Positions 30,193 through 44,652 of a stretch of DNA of 64,000 nucleotides are shown here, one piece after another; positions within the stretch are counted from its first letter, which is position 1; every line of letters begins with the position of its first letter. The notes under the pieces were generated by a model. The model was given only the letters and a program-made list of their open reading frames with translations. It was not told the DNA's origin and did not search any database. The DNA is from Macrostomum lignano (taxonomy: Eukaryota), in the NCBI GenBank assembly GCA_002269645.1, contig NIVC01000049.1, positions 124,001 to 188,000 on the forward strand, in the 5' to 3' direction. Made by a program: the position numbers and the translations under genes.

Positions 30193-31735
30193 GTCGTGTC
30201 CACATGGACAGTTGTTAAATAGTTTTGTATTTATGTACACTATGAAGTTTGTATTGAATCTCAACGGCTCAACAGACGACAACAAAATCTGTTTTTAAGA
30301 AATAACCGATATCGGCTAACAAACTATTTTCTGTCTGAATGCGCTGGGACAGAACTCAATAAGAATAAAATATAAACCATAAAGAGCATATGTGTGTTCT
30401 GGACAACAATAGTCGCAGACCTCGTGGTTGATACACATTATTAGTTCGAGGGATTGCCCTAACTACTATGCGAATCTGTCAATCAAATTAATTCTCACGG
30501 AAGCGTTCGTCATATATAATGCGATCGCGTGACGTGCTTGTTTGACTGTAATGTACTTTAAAATGCAGTGAGTTTTTCAAAACCTTTTCAGTGTTTAAGT
30601 TTAGCCACCTAAATAAAGAAAACATTAGACCGAAACAGAAACTTTTTGACAGGCGTTACTCTAATCTTTGATCGCCTGATCTTCTGTAACAACCCATCAA
30701 TCCATCAATCAATTATTCTAGGTGTTCTAGCTGGCAGACAGGGCGCTAAGCTGTACATGGTACACGTGTATCAGGTTTGCGCTTATCATCAAAGGCAATA
30801 TGCTAGATACACTATAAAGAGGCGAGCAGTTGCTACATTCACTAATGCGGCCCTACAGCTGCATAAGTTTCTTAACTTAGCCATTTCTCATTTACAACAA
30901 GGCGAGACAAAGAGAGAGAAGACGTAGATAAGAGCAAAAAGGAACACTCAACATAAATCGAACTGCGGGGAACGAAGACGCAACGAGACTCGAAGCCGAG
31001 ACGAGAAAAGAAATTGCCCGATGCAGAACCTCGTTTCAGCGCTAATAAGCTAAATGAAGGAAAGAAATTAGCAAGAGTAGTGGGACGATGAAGTGTAAAA
31101 AAATGGGTAATTGACCGTGAAAATGAAAACCCCTATGTACCGCTCTTCTCCCCCAAGCATGCACAGGCAGTCTAGGATGCATCTGAGGTCAAGCTGCCTC
31201 CTCTAGTAGCAAACCGAACACACCCCAACCCCCCCCCTGAACAACTCGAATTGCGAGTCGCCATTCGAAATTTCTATATTGGTTGCATCGTTCTCAGCGA
31301 ACCGTAAACAGAAATAATTTCCATGTTTATTAATATCAAAAAGAGAATCTTAACGTAGAGCCTGACTCATAATAACAGTATATGGCACTAAGATACTTAA
31401 CGATTCCTTCACTCAGTGACTTATGTGGGCAAAGTTGCTCAAATACTTGCAATGCTTCAACTTGTCAAATACGTCTCATCTATTGATGCGTGTGCTCAAA
31501 CACTTAAGATCTCAAGGCCTCTTTGCTGAGTGAATCTGATAGACGCATTTAAAAGAAGAGTTGTTATCAACTGGCACGCAGAGTATAAAGCATAGTACTA
31601 TTAGTAGGAACTATAATAATATTGCGCATGCTAGCGCACAGAACATACAAAAGAAACACTATTCATAATGCATCCAGACCAGACTAAATGCTGCGGAATC
31701 GAATTGATTGAGTGGAAATTGCATTACACACCAGC

Positions 31736-31738
<3 letters not shown>

Positions 31739-31809
<71 letters not shown>
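31739..31809. repeat. (GA)n microsatellite
   Basis: Direct inspection. Confidence 0.97.
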
Positions 31810-31812
<3 letters not shown>

Positions 31813-32224
31813 CTGGGGCAAACCTGGGAGAGAAAGAGGGGTAATAGAAGGGGTCGAGAGCTCTACGGCCTCTGATAGTTAGCCAGCAGAAAACTCTACA
31901 CGCTGGGATACGAGTAGCTACATTTCATGCAGTTTGAGTTTTCGATTCAACTTATAGCTGGGTTGAACTGGAGACAGCATCAATACCGCCTCTACCTTTC
32001 ATCCATATCTGATCCGTTGCTTTTTTCGCCGCTTCTCTCTGTTCCTCCCTCACTTCAATTCGCCTTTTCCTGCGATCGTCATAAAAGCTTTGCTATAACA
32101 GTAGCACACTTGCAGATAGTTTTTGCGCTAGCTAACTGCTCGCATGGATAGCACTAAATAGGCATGTCTATCTTTGCAAATCACGCTATGCCGGTTTTTT
32201 CATCTAAATAACTATATTTACCTA

Positions 32225-32259
32225 CAGATAGATGAATCGATAGGTGAATAGATAGATTT

Positions 32260-32348
<89 letters not shown>

Positions 32349-32385
32349 CAGGCAGGCAGACAGACAGACAGATAGATCAATAGAT
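32225..32385. repeat. (GATA)n/(GACA)n microsatellite
   Basis: Direct inspection. Confidence 0.96.
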
Positions 32386-34316
32386 ACAAAATGCTCTTCA
32401 ATCAGCTGCAAATAAATTCAATACACCGTTAATTATAACGAAGCTCAGCAGACTCAAAATTTGAATAGAAAATTTAATGAGCGAGGTTAAAAGTACGCTG
32501 GGAGAATACGTTGGGCATTTCGTAGAAAAATTCGATCGGTTTCTAAGAAAACCAACTCAGAGAAGCTTAAATTCTCTCCCTCACGTCTTACACGGACAAA
32601 TGGCCTCATTAAGGAGGTACTCATATCTGCTCAGCTATACATAAGCTGTCTGTAATAAATAACTTAAACCGTGCATAATGCCGTTAAAGAAGCACTTCAA
32701 TCCAAATCCCCCGGTTCCCGGAGGCCACTTTGCTGCTGAGAAAGATAAACTTGCACACTCTACTACGATGATTGGTAAAAAAATCGAGGACTTAGGCGAA
32801 GTGCTCATAGCCTACTCAAGCTCTTAAATATACATATATATTTCAGAGAATCGCGACTAGAGACTTCCTTTGGTGTATTTCTTTCACTCTCTCTTTGAGG
32901 CATCTAGCAGCATCAGCCTCAGTAGCTTTTTTGGAATCTCCTTTCAAATTGTGACAAACGGAAAGAAGAAAGTTTTGGTTCTTTTTTCCTCTCTATCTCA
33001 CTTTGTACTTTTAATATATACTTACTTGCATTATAAGACTAGATGTATATACATTATATACACACAGAGGCATTCGGTCTTCCAGCTCTTGATTGGGACT
33101 AGCAGATGGGGGGAGGGCAGGGGGAGGCAGCAAGGGAGGCGGTACTCGCGAGCACCCAGTCGGCGAGAGAAAGTTCGAATTCCGACAGGCCAAAAAGGAG
33201 GTAGGGTAGAAATAGGAGATGAAGCAGCAGGAGCAGGGGGAGGGGAGGCGGGAGGACATTGAACAGACTTTCGCTTTTAATTCTCACTCCCTCTAGCTCT
33301 TCTAGACTAGATTTCCAGGGGATTCTGTTTCATGAGCTGTTCTTATGTATACGATTGACAACTCTGGTTTAATAGTGACTTCTCGGATATTGGATTACTG
33401 CATGGTGTATTATAAGGAAACTAATACGTCTCAAATTTCTGAGCAAATTTATCAATATATTTTAGTATCGATTTGTTTATTAGTTTAAACTTCTCAATAC
33501 GCGTACGCAAAGTCTTCGCTGCCAAACATCTGTTTCCGAATCTCAAAGCTTAATGAAAATTTCCGGAATTATTTACAATTTTGTTTTAATCTGTTTGATA
33601 AGGAATGAAGAATTTATATGGATACGAATGTGAATCACCGACAACAAATCAACGCTCATTATCTCAGTTGCTGAGCTGTGACAAGCGGTTAACTAATTGT
33701 TTAACTATTTGTTAAGTAGTTGTGACCAAGGACAACTTGTTAAGTAGTCACTGACTGTGACTAGGAGTGTTCGGGATTTGGGGTCGGGTTTTGCTACCAG
33801 GTTCGGGGTTAAACCTAAATGGTTGACGCGATGGTTGCGGATTTCCTTCATTAATTTCCATTAAAAATTAAAAATTAAAATTAAAAATATATGATCTTCA
33901 TTTGTAGATGTTCTAAATTCTCAATTAGGATTTCAGCTGCTAAAAGAGTCACATTTATTCACGAGTTAAACGGAAGCAACAAGATGGTGCTCTTCATCAA
34001 GAGAGAGTCGTAACGGCTGTACCGTCGGCTGTAGCTACAGCATCAACTAACGCGGTGAGCTCAATCGCAGTGCTTGAGAAAGAGACGATGTGCGACTCAG
34101 CTACTATCTTTAACGCAGCATGGCTTTCGATAAAGCAAAGACGAACTATTCTGCTATTGACGTATTGTTTATAGATGTACTTTTGTTATGCATGCTGGCT
34201 AGTTTACTGTTAATTTGTTGTTTTTCTACGCTTAATAAAAATGCAACAGATTAAAACCGAGGGAACACATGAAGATTCCACCCGCAAAATTGTGAGACAA
34301 CTGTCTGAGGCAAGGC

Positions 34317-34660
34317 AGGGGCCCGTAGCTTAGTGGTCCGGCGCGGCGCTCTGGTGCGCCAGCGGCCAAGTGCAATCACGGTAATTTTGGGCTAAATTAG
34401 AATCCGGGTTTGGGCGATCTGCTCGTGCAATTAACGACTTTTAAAGCCAATCCCCAAGCCACAAGTACACATGCCTAACGACAAATAAAGTTAGGGCCGC
34501 TGTACACTCCTGTGTGAGTGTTTGCCTGTGCGTATGACTGCTTACGTATCCTTGCGCTTGTGTGCCTGCTCAGGGGAGTCGGCGGAATGGGCAGCAATGC
34601 CTCTCGCCGGTTGTGTGACAATGTCGCTTAAAGTGCGCCAGGAAGGGTGCACACAGCCCC
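34317..34660 (+). mobile_element. tRNA-derived SINE family B
   Basis: GGGGCCCGTAGCTTAGTGG A box; B box partly deleted; body matches 29836-30192 in inverted orientation. Confidence 0.8.
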
Positions 34661-35564
34661 CTGGACTCTAATAAATGTGTCATGACACACACGCGTTTCG
34701 TCTGTGTTACGATTTTGGCCATAGACAAAACAGAACAATATGTATATATATATATACGTCTATTGTTCTGGCGGCAAAAACTGCATAAGCTGAAGCCAGG
34801 TAAAAGGACAAATTTTAGCGAGAGCTTACCAAATCGTATTCTACGACCGGAATTTCTAGGCAAGTCATCGTTTCGTTTGTCAATTGACGATCGTTTCATT
34901 CTATATTATTAATTTGATTTTAACTTGAAGTCCTTCAATATTAATTTCCAAAAGTAAGTGTATCAGGCAGGATGGCAAAGTGATTGCAAATGCTGATGTT
35001 TTTATGATTATTATTATTACATCCTTGCGGAGCCTTCACCTATCCTTACAGCTAGATCGTAAGAGCAGAACTGAACATAGATGAACAGCTGTACTAAGGG
35101 GGGAGGCGGAATTCCTGTTTTTACATACGCGCCACAGCAACTTAGTAAAATCCAAGCAGATCTAACGGAGATGATAAAGAAAGAGGTCTTGTTAAAGAAT
35201 GTTTGCATTACAGGATCCCAGCATGCTATTGGTTGGGAAACATCGGAGCAGAGTGGGGGAGAAGGAGAGATCTGGCTGATTGGATGGATGCCAGCAGAGT
35301 GGAACACGGTTAGCATGTTGCCAGCAAGGGGGTATCCATCCTAGTTGGGTCCCTACAAAGCCCACTTATAGTGCAATTTCGGGAATATTTTTTCTGCGTG
35401 GGGTGGGCGGGCGAGGTAAAGACTAAAGATTCATAGCATAAAAGAGGATAGTTATTGGGATAAAAATATGATTATTGATTTCAAAACAGTTTTGCTAATG
35501 GAATAAACAGAAATGCTCAAGATTAATACTGAGATTATAGACATAAACGCTGGCAGTATGGGAT

Positions 35565-35876
35565 AAACTGTGATACTACTTTGGGATAAAATGTGATGAT
35601 ACTTTGAGATAAACTCTGGTGATACTTTGGGATAAACTCTGGTGATACTTTGGGATAAACTCTGGTGATACTTTGAGATAAACTGTGATGATACTTTGGG
35701 ATAAACTCTGGTGATACTTTGGGATAAACTCTGGTGATACTTTGGGATAAACTCTGGTGATACTTTGAGATAAACTGTGATGATACTTTGGGATAAACTC
35801 TGGTGATACTTTGAGATAAACTGTGATGATACTTTGTGATAAACTCTGGTGATACTTTGGGATAAACTCTGGTGTA
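35565..35876. repeat. 23-nt minisatellite
   Basis: About 13 copies of TGGGATAAACTCTGGTGATACTT. Confidence 0.94.
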
Positions 35877-36769
35877 TTATAAACACTTCAATGGAAATCA
35901 ACACTAAGATGTTTATGACAATACCTAAATATTGAGATAACTGATATACAGGAGTGCACTCAATAGCACCTAAAAGATCTTTATTCCTTATTCAAACAAC
36001 TTAAAAGGTTAAAAGATAAGAATAAGATTAAATGGTTTACTAACAATCACCCAGACTTTGAAGTCACGTTTAACAAACGCATAAATAACTGCACAGACAG
36101 ATGCAAATGCACTAATGAATTAACTTTAAATTTTTTATGTAGAAGCGCGGAGAGAGATAAGAAAAAATACGTGATTTTCAAGCCACAGTTTTATCGTCAA
36201 TAATGGATAAAAAAATATACAAAGTGATGATGCTACCAAATCCCAACTAATCTATTATAGATATAATTTATAAAGAAACATCGCGTGAGACATGATTGGC
36301 GGTTTTTACATGAATTAGAAAAAAGACTGCAGACTGGCTGAGATTATTTTTCTTTCAGCGTTATATTTCTTAGAATCAAATAGCGTGCTAAGCTGAGTGC
36401 CTGACAACAACATGGGAGCTCAGAGACTTCCCAGCGCCCCCCCCCCTAGGCCACACAATAACGCTCTTTCAAGATTGCTATGCATATTAGGCGAATAATT
36501 ATGTTATGTAACCGACAAGCCTCGGGCACTGAAAATATTATTCTTTAAAATAAAAATACTCATTGCCTTGAATTGCATGATTGATTTTTGTAAACTCACC
36601 ATATCGTTGTACACGAAATCAACGCGTAGCTGTTTAAGGTGGACATTTTCGTAGTAATTAAGATGACCAGACAATTAGAGGCTGCAAAAGTGTTCAATTT
36701 GGTCTGATAAACAAACATCTACACTTTTCATCACTATCTGAATATATTGCCTAAGACTAGCGACAATTC

Positions 36770-37275
<506 letters not shown>

Positions 37276-38394
37276 TTTTAAATCAGCTTAATCAAAGACG
37301 ACACTAAGCACTAGTGTAGACTAAAAGTAGAATGATATTGGTAATAACTCAGAAAAAATAAATAACAGAATCACCGCAAACCAAACGCAAAGTAGAGTCA
37401 AAGACATGAAACAAACAAATATTAAGGAAACATGTTCGTTTCCGAATAATTTGTACCAGTTTTATTAATAATCAGACCCATCTCAAATAGACAAACAAAT
37501 AAGAATGATCAAGATTCTCAAACAGATTTTTATTCACGCAAATTCGGGTTTTTTATTCTAAATAAATATTATTCGCGATGTTAGAACGGAGGAGTTGGCA
37601 GGGTGATAACAGTTCCTACACAGTAAATCATATTTAATTATTAAATATTTCAGAATAGCAATTTTGGTAGCAAAGAAAGAACTTCAACAAATAGATAATA
37701 TTTCAACTCACTTTGCTGGCATAGACAGCGATGACTATGACATCCATAGTTCAATCAATTATTATATATGAGCTAATAAATAAGTATACAGAATTAAAAA
37801 TACAAGACACCATAAAACACTGAAGCTTAGTTAAAACAAAAAAAACTTCAAATGATTGATAGAATCAAGAATAAGGGAAACAAGCACACACACCAGAGGC
37901 CAATTATATAAAGCGTCGAATAGAAATATTTAATAAACGCAAACTAATGCGCTTTAGTGTCTACTCGATTAGCAATATAAGTAGTGCAACAAGGAAATGT
38001 AATTTAAGTAAAATTTTCAAATTATTAAAGCACAGAACAGACATGCCAATAACGAAGTCTATGTGATTTTGTTGAGAGAAAAAACTATTTGTAAAACTCT
38101 GCAAATTCTTTAGCTAGATTCTTCAGACGACTTTCTTAAATCAAACCCGATGAAAACGGTACCCAGGCCAAGAAGCGTCCCAGAGTGACTTGCTATCGGA
38201 AATAATCAATATAGTCTACAGATTAAGGCTATAATAATCAAATTAATGAATGTCGAGTCGGTGAAACACGAAGAAACGGAGGGACATCAACAAACAAGCA
38301 AAAGTAACAATAACCAATCCGTATTCTTACTATAATTAAAGTCCTACACAGGGGTTCAAGTTACTGGTTATTTTTCTAGTCATTCAGTCACAAT

Positions 38395-41300
38395 TCAAGA
38401 GGCAGGCGCTCGCAGAGTCTGCTTCTGGCTCATGTTGATCTTGTCGCCAAGGGTGACAGCCATGCCCTGGCTCTTGGCTCGGATCCGGATGTGCCCAGTC
38501 ACTGGGGCATTTGGCTGGTTCGGCGGCTTCTCGATAGACAAATTGGCCAGCGCGTCCTCGCCGAAGATGCTCCTGGCGTAGAGATTGGCAGCGAGGAAGC
38601 CGCACTCGCCTGTCAGCGCTTTCTCCGGCGTTAAACAGCGCATATTGGTGGCTTTGATCAGGTGGGCTAAAAAGTCGCGCAAATCCGATATGCCCGTAGC
38701 AACGGCCACTTTATTCTCCCATTCGAATTCTACCCACATCCGGCGGAAGTCAACATCCGAGCAATGGCTAGGCACTATGTAATCCATTATGTCGATGTGA
38801 ATGTCGTTTAATACGACGCAGTTCCGATCGCCGGCGGCGCCGCGAACGTCGTAAACAATATTGCCGAATATGATGCCGTTCTCAGTGCTTGTAACCTTGA
38901 TATTAGCCTTGATGTTGGCGAAATCTTTCGAGGCCAAGGTAAGCGGTGCCGGCTTCTCAACCAATTTTAGATCGCCCAGAGTGGCCAATTCGAGGCTGAG
39001 GCTCTGCAGAGTGTCGGCTGTCTGGTTAACCAGAAGTACATCGAGTACTATGTCGTACTGGTTAACGTGCACGTAGGCTTCGGCATAGACAGGATCGGAG
39101 AAGCCGGTGAGTTGAGTAACTTTATTCAGCTTGCTGCTGAGCAGGATGTCCGACTCCGGCTTGGCGGCTGTGCCCAAGGCCTGCGACAATGTGAGGTCGA
39201 AGCGATCTTCGAGATCGCCGAACTCGTTGGCCGGCGCCAGCTGGATGAAGCGGACGGGATCGTCCGGTTGAACGGCGCGCTTTGTTCGAACAGTTTCGCA
39301 GCTCTTCTCTTCGGCTAGCTGCGAGCTGAGCAGCTGGTCGAGGGCCTCGCGGCAGTACAAATCGAACACCTCCATCATGGGCTGAGAGCGCTCGGCCAGG
39401 ACCTGGGGAGGTCGATAATTAAGAGTAGAATAATTAAAAATAGAATTGGAAGTGGTTTAAAAAACAGAATTTAGATGTCTCCTAATGTGCATTTTGGAAC
39501 GACATATTATATGGATTTTCCTAAGGTTAAAAATAGAACGGGGATTTCCCTTCTTGTGGAATTAGGTGGGGTGAATTATTTGGGGTGAAAATAAAAAGGG
39601 GATTTCACTTATTGTGGAATTACGTTGAGTGAAAATAGAACGGGGATCTCCCTTATTGTGGAATTATGTTGAGGAAAATAGAACGGGGATTTCCCTTATT
39701 GTGGATTTACGTTGAGTGAAAATAGAACGGGGATTTCCCTTATTGTGGAATTATGTTGAGTGAAAATAGAACGGGGATTTCCCTAATTGTGGATTTACGT
39801 TGCGTAAAAATAGAACAGGGATCTCTCTACGTGTGAATTTATGTTGTCTAAAAATAGAACGGGGATTTCCCTTATTGTGGATTTACGTTGAGTGAAAATA
39901 GAACGGGGATTTCCCTTATTGTGGAATTATGTTGAGGAAAATAGAACGGGGATTCTCTTATTGTGGAATTATGTTGAGTGAAAATAGAACGGGGATTTCT
40001 CTTATTGTGGAATTATGTTGAGTGAAAATAGAACGGGGATTTCTCTTATTGTGGAATTATGTTGAGTGAAAATAGAACGGGGATTTCTCTTATTGTGGAA
40101 TTATGTTGAGTGAAAATAGAACGGGGATTTCCCTTATTGTGGATTTACTTTGAGTGAAAATAGAACGGGGATTTCCCTTATTGTGGAATTATGTTGAGTG
40201 AAAATAGAACGGGGATTTCCCTTATTGTGGAATTATGTTGAGTGAAAATAGAACGGGGATTTCCCTTATTGTGGATTTACGTTGCGTAAAAAATAGAACA
40301 GGGATCTCTCTACGTGTGAATTTATGTTGTCTAAAAATAGAACGGGGATTTCTCTTATTGTGGAATTATGTTGAGGAAAATAGAACGGGGATTTCTCTTA
40401 TTGTGGAATTACGTTGCGTAAAAATAGAACGGGGATCTCCCTTATTGTGGATTTACGTTGCGTAAAAATAGAACGGGGATTTCCCTAAGTGTACATATAC
40501 ATGTACGTAGCGTAGAAAAAAGAACAGAAATTCCCCTTGGCAAGCACTTCAGTGAGTTATTTTGTGTCTAAATCGCCATTATTCTAAAAATGTTTTTGCT
40601 ATTATGCAGAAAAGAAATCTATATTTCATTTTAAATTAATTAATCCTATATTTACCTTCATACACAGCCACAGGTGTTCGAAATCATCAGGGGACACTGG
40701 TCGCTCAGGCATACCGCTGCGGCCTAGATGCAGAATACACGACAATACCAGCATGCACTCGGCAACGAACCGGTTCTGACGGGTCGGGTCCGGCACTCTG
40801 AAGTGGGAGTCAACAGAATGGCTTGAATGCTTGTAGAATAGACTTTAATCATGTATTTTGGCCTTAAATTTTTGTAGATTGAAGCAGCACTAGAAATTTA
40901 TGCTTTGATTTATGTAGAATGGCCTTAGGTTTATGTAGAATGGCCTTAGGATTATGTAGAATGGCCTAAGTTTTATGTAGAATGACCTCATTTTTATGTA
41001 GAATGGCCTAATGTTTATGTAGAATGGCCTAAGGTTTATGTAGAATGGCCTCAGATTTATGTAGAATGGCCTCGGATTTGTGTAGAATGGCCTCAGATTT
41101 ATGTAGAATGGCCTCAGATTTGTGTAGAATAGCCTCAGATTTGTGTAGAATGGCCTCAGATTTGTGTAGAATGGTCTTAGATTTGTGTAGAATGACCTCA
41201 GATTTTTGTTCCTTGACATCAGATTAATGTAGAATGGCCTCAGATTAATGTAGAATGGCCTCAGATTCATGTAGAATGGCCTCAGATTTATGTAGAATGG

Positions 41301-42234
41301 CCTCAGATTTATACAGAAGGCCAATTCAATGAAAAACCAGGGACTATCAATCATTCATACCTAGCCAAGTATCGCACAGCCAGTTTAGTCAGCGCGGTGC
41401 CCAGAGCGGCGCCAATAAAGAAGTCGCCCTTCAACAGGTGCCGACGCAACACAGGCCTGTCGTCTTTGTCGGTACCTAAGGAGGCGCCGACGCCGCCCGA
41501 CTTGCCGCCGGAACTGCCAGACTAAAAAAGCGACCAAAGTTATAATCTATAATTATAAGTTAGTGGCGCCAAAGGTAGGCTAGGCTTAAAGGTTAAAATA
41601 TTCACCTTTCCGCCGGTCACAGAGAAGGCAGTCTGCGAAGCGTAGGTACCATCGGCCGTTACCCGCTTCTGTGCAAGGCCGGAGGCTTGAGAAGACAAGG
41701 CGGACTCCTGCTGCTGGTCCTGATCCTCTCCTGTACTGGCGGCTCGTTTCAATTCGTCCTCAACTAGAGGCAGATCGCCAAGTGCCTGGCAAACAAGCGT
41801 CATGACGCTCTGGATGTCTTCGACCTCGGTGCAATGCTCGCCAAGGATCCACAGAGCGCTGCGATAAATCTTTGCATTCTTAACCGTAGCCAGCGATTCC
41901 ATCAGCTTCTGCAGGATCAACGATTTCAAATGATCGAACTTTTGAATGGCCTCGCGAACAAACACTAGCACGTCTTCGGCCGCCCCTGTAGGCGCCTTCT
42001 CGTTGTAGTTGTCGCCGTCGGCTAGGAACTCGATGAGGGTCGGGACGATCTGCGGCGCTACGTCCGGGAATCGGATGCAGGCGTTGTGCAGGGTTCGAAC
42101 CAGCAGCTGACGGTAGCGGCCGGTCTCCTCCTGAGCCATGGGGATTCGGTTGGGGCGGTAGACTTAGCCCGTCAGGGATCGGAGAGACAGACAGACAGAC
42201 AGATAGACAGACAGACAGACAAACAGACAGACAC

Positions 42235-42301
<67 letters not shown>

Positions 42302-42308
42302 GACAGAC

Positions 42309-42351
<43 letters not shown>

Positions 42352-42362
42352 CACACACACAC

Positions 42363-42425
<63 letters not shown>

Positions 42426-42426
42426 C

Positions 42427-42481
<55 letters not shown>

Positions 42482-42522
42482 CACACACACAGACAGACAG
42501 ACAGACAGAGAGACTGACAGAC

Positions 42523-42569
<47 letters not shown>

Positions 42570-42608
42570 CACACACAGACAGACAGACAGACAGAGAGAC
42601 TGACAGAC

Positions 42609-42667
<59 letters not shown>

Positions 42668-42668
42668 C

Positions 42669-42723
<55 letters not shown>

Positions 42724-42776
42724 CACACACAGACAGACAGACAGACAGAGAGACTGACAGACAGAGACAGACAGAC

Positions 42777-42829
<53 letters not shown>

Positions 42830-44652
42830 AAGAGACTAAAACTAAGGACACGCTCAAACAACTCCAGCTTTGTTAAACTAACCTGTTCAATAGCTGCGGA
42901 AGTTTTGAGCACCTCTTTCTTAAGCACGCCAACTACCTCCTCGATAGTGCGGCCAGTGACCAGCTCCAGGGCCAAATCCATGGCCTTCTTACGCACTTCC
43001 AAATCCGTAGCTGACAGGATACGCAGCACGTCCATAACAAGATCCTGCAGAATACGTTCATGAGTCTCTCTCAGACCCACCAGCCTATCCAGTACAATCA
43101 GTTTCACATTGTTGTCGCTCTCCTTCAATATGAGATCGATATAGGCGGAGGCGGCCGAGCGAACGGCGGTCGGAGCCGAGCTGAGACAGATCAGGGTGCC
43201 AGCGGCTTCGTAGCGAACAGCAGCCGAACTGCTCTGCAGCAGGTTGTACACGCAGCGGATAAATCGGGACCGCTCGGTGGGATTGGCGTGGCACACTTTG
43301 TAGATTAACTCCACAATTACTAGCTGGAGAATGTCGCCGAAAGTGTGCACCTGGTCTAGGCAGGTGCTTAGATAATTGAGAGCTCGCTCTTGATCGACGT
43401 GCAGCAGCATCATGAAAGCGTTGCGCTTGCACGAGGCGTCTTGCTCCTGGGATTGTAGATGGTGGATTGACTTTTGTCTTTTGTGTTTTATATTTATATT
43501 TATACTAATAAATCTGTACTAACTAAACTGTTATTCAATAGTCTATCTTATTTTGTTTAACAAAGTACGCTAGATATAAATAGAATGGTAATTCCCCTTT
43601 CAATGGCGTACGATAGATATTAGAAAGGTAATTCCCCTTTCAATGGCGTACGCTAGATATAAATAGAAAGGGAATTCTCCTTTAAATGGCGTACGATAGA
43701 TAAAAATAGAATGAGATCCCCCTTTAAACGGCGTACGCTAGATATAAATAGAAAGGCTAAAGGGATTTCCGTATAAAATTATGTATGACAAATCTTAGAA
43801 ACAGAACGGAATTTCTCCAACACTAAAGTACAAGTAATATAAATAAACTGGGATTTGCCTTTGAATGGCGAAGGCTAAATAGATACAAGTATAAATAAAA
43901 CGGTATTTCCCTACAGTGGCCATTCGCTGGATATAAATAGAGCGGGAATTCCCCTCTGCTAGACACGCTAAAAGGGGGATTCCCTTTATCAGTGGTCACT
44001 ATGCTTGATATATGTACATACAGACCAGAATTCTTCGACAGTAGCGTAGAATGGATAAAAATGACTGGAAAATCTCATATTACCGTCCTGAATCGCTCAC
44101 CTGGTCCAGCAGAGAAGCAATCAACTCCGGCGCATCGGGTATCAACGAATCGAAGTTCTTGTAGATGGTGAAGATAGCCAGTATGGCATTTCGCCTAACA
44201 TAGGTGTGCCGGTACTCCAAGCACTGCCGAATTGACGGCATCAGCGGCTCCAGCAGTTCGGGCTCTTTCAGTTTGCACAAAAATCGAAGAGTTGAGCCGC
44301 GAATAAACTCGTTGGGATGCTGCAGATCTTTGCGATAAGCGTCGCAAACCAGGATCATCTCGTGAAGCAGCTTGCCGTCTGGCGAGTATTTGGGCACAAC
44401 CTCCCAGAACACTAGCAGCAGCTTCTTGATCATGTGGTCCTGGCTGGGCATCACGTACTTCACCACAGTCATTAGCAGGGAGCTATTAAACTTCTCTCCA
44501 TTAATAATCATAGCTATGACCTTTTTTAAGGCTTCAATTTTGCCATTTACGTCGGGCTTTTCAAGGTCTTCGCGAAGCTTCTGCTCGGATGGCGGCTCCG
44601 AGTCAGTCGGCATGTTGATCAGAGTGTAGCATGGCTGCTCCGCTTGGCTCAT
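38395..44652 (-). CDS. COPB1: Coatomer subunit beta (beta-COP), 6 exons, ~983 aa
   Basis: Exons 44652-44101, 43446-42883, 42130-41606, 41521-41361, 40797-40656 and 39402-38395 total 2952 nt in frame; two are absent from the ORF track. Motifs: [90 protein letters not shown]. Confidence 0.98.
39530..40490. repeat. 44-nt minisatellite in COPB1 intron 5
   Basis: About 21 copies of AAAATAGAACGGGGATTTCCCTTATTGTGGAATTATGTTGAGTG. Confidence 0.96.
40908..41320. repeat. 21-nt minisatellite in COPB1 intron 4
   Basis: About 19 copies of GATTTATGTAGAATGGCCTCA. Confidence 0.96.
42184..42832. repeat. (CAGA)n/(CA)n microsatellite in COPB1 intron 2
   Basis: Direct inspection. Confidence 0.97.
43570..43985. 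repeat. Degenerate ~43-nt minisatellite in COPB1 intron 1
   Basis: AAATAGAAAGGGAATTCTCCTTTAAATGGCGTACGATAGATA and decayed copies. Confidence 0.8.

Noticed and set aside
41880-43413. COPB1 ORFs apparently extended by SVCL repeats
   Set aside because: Read-through into intron 2; canonical splice sites at 42883 and 42130 remove it.
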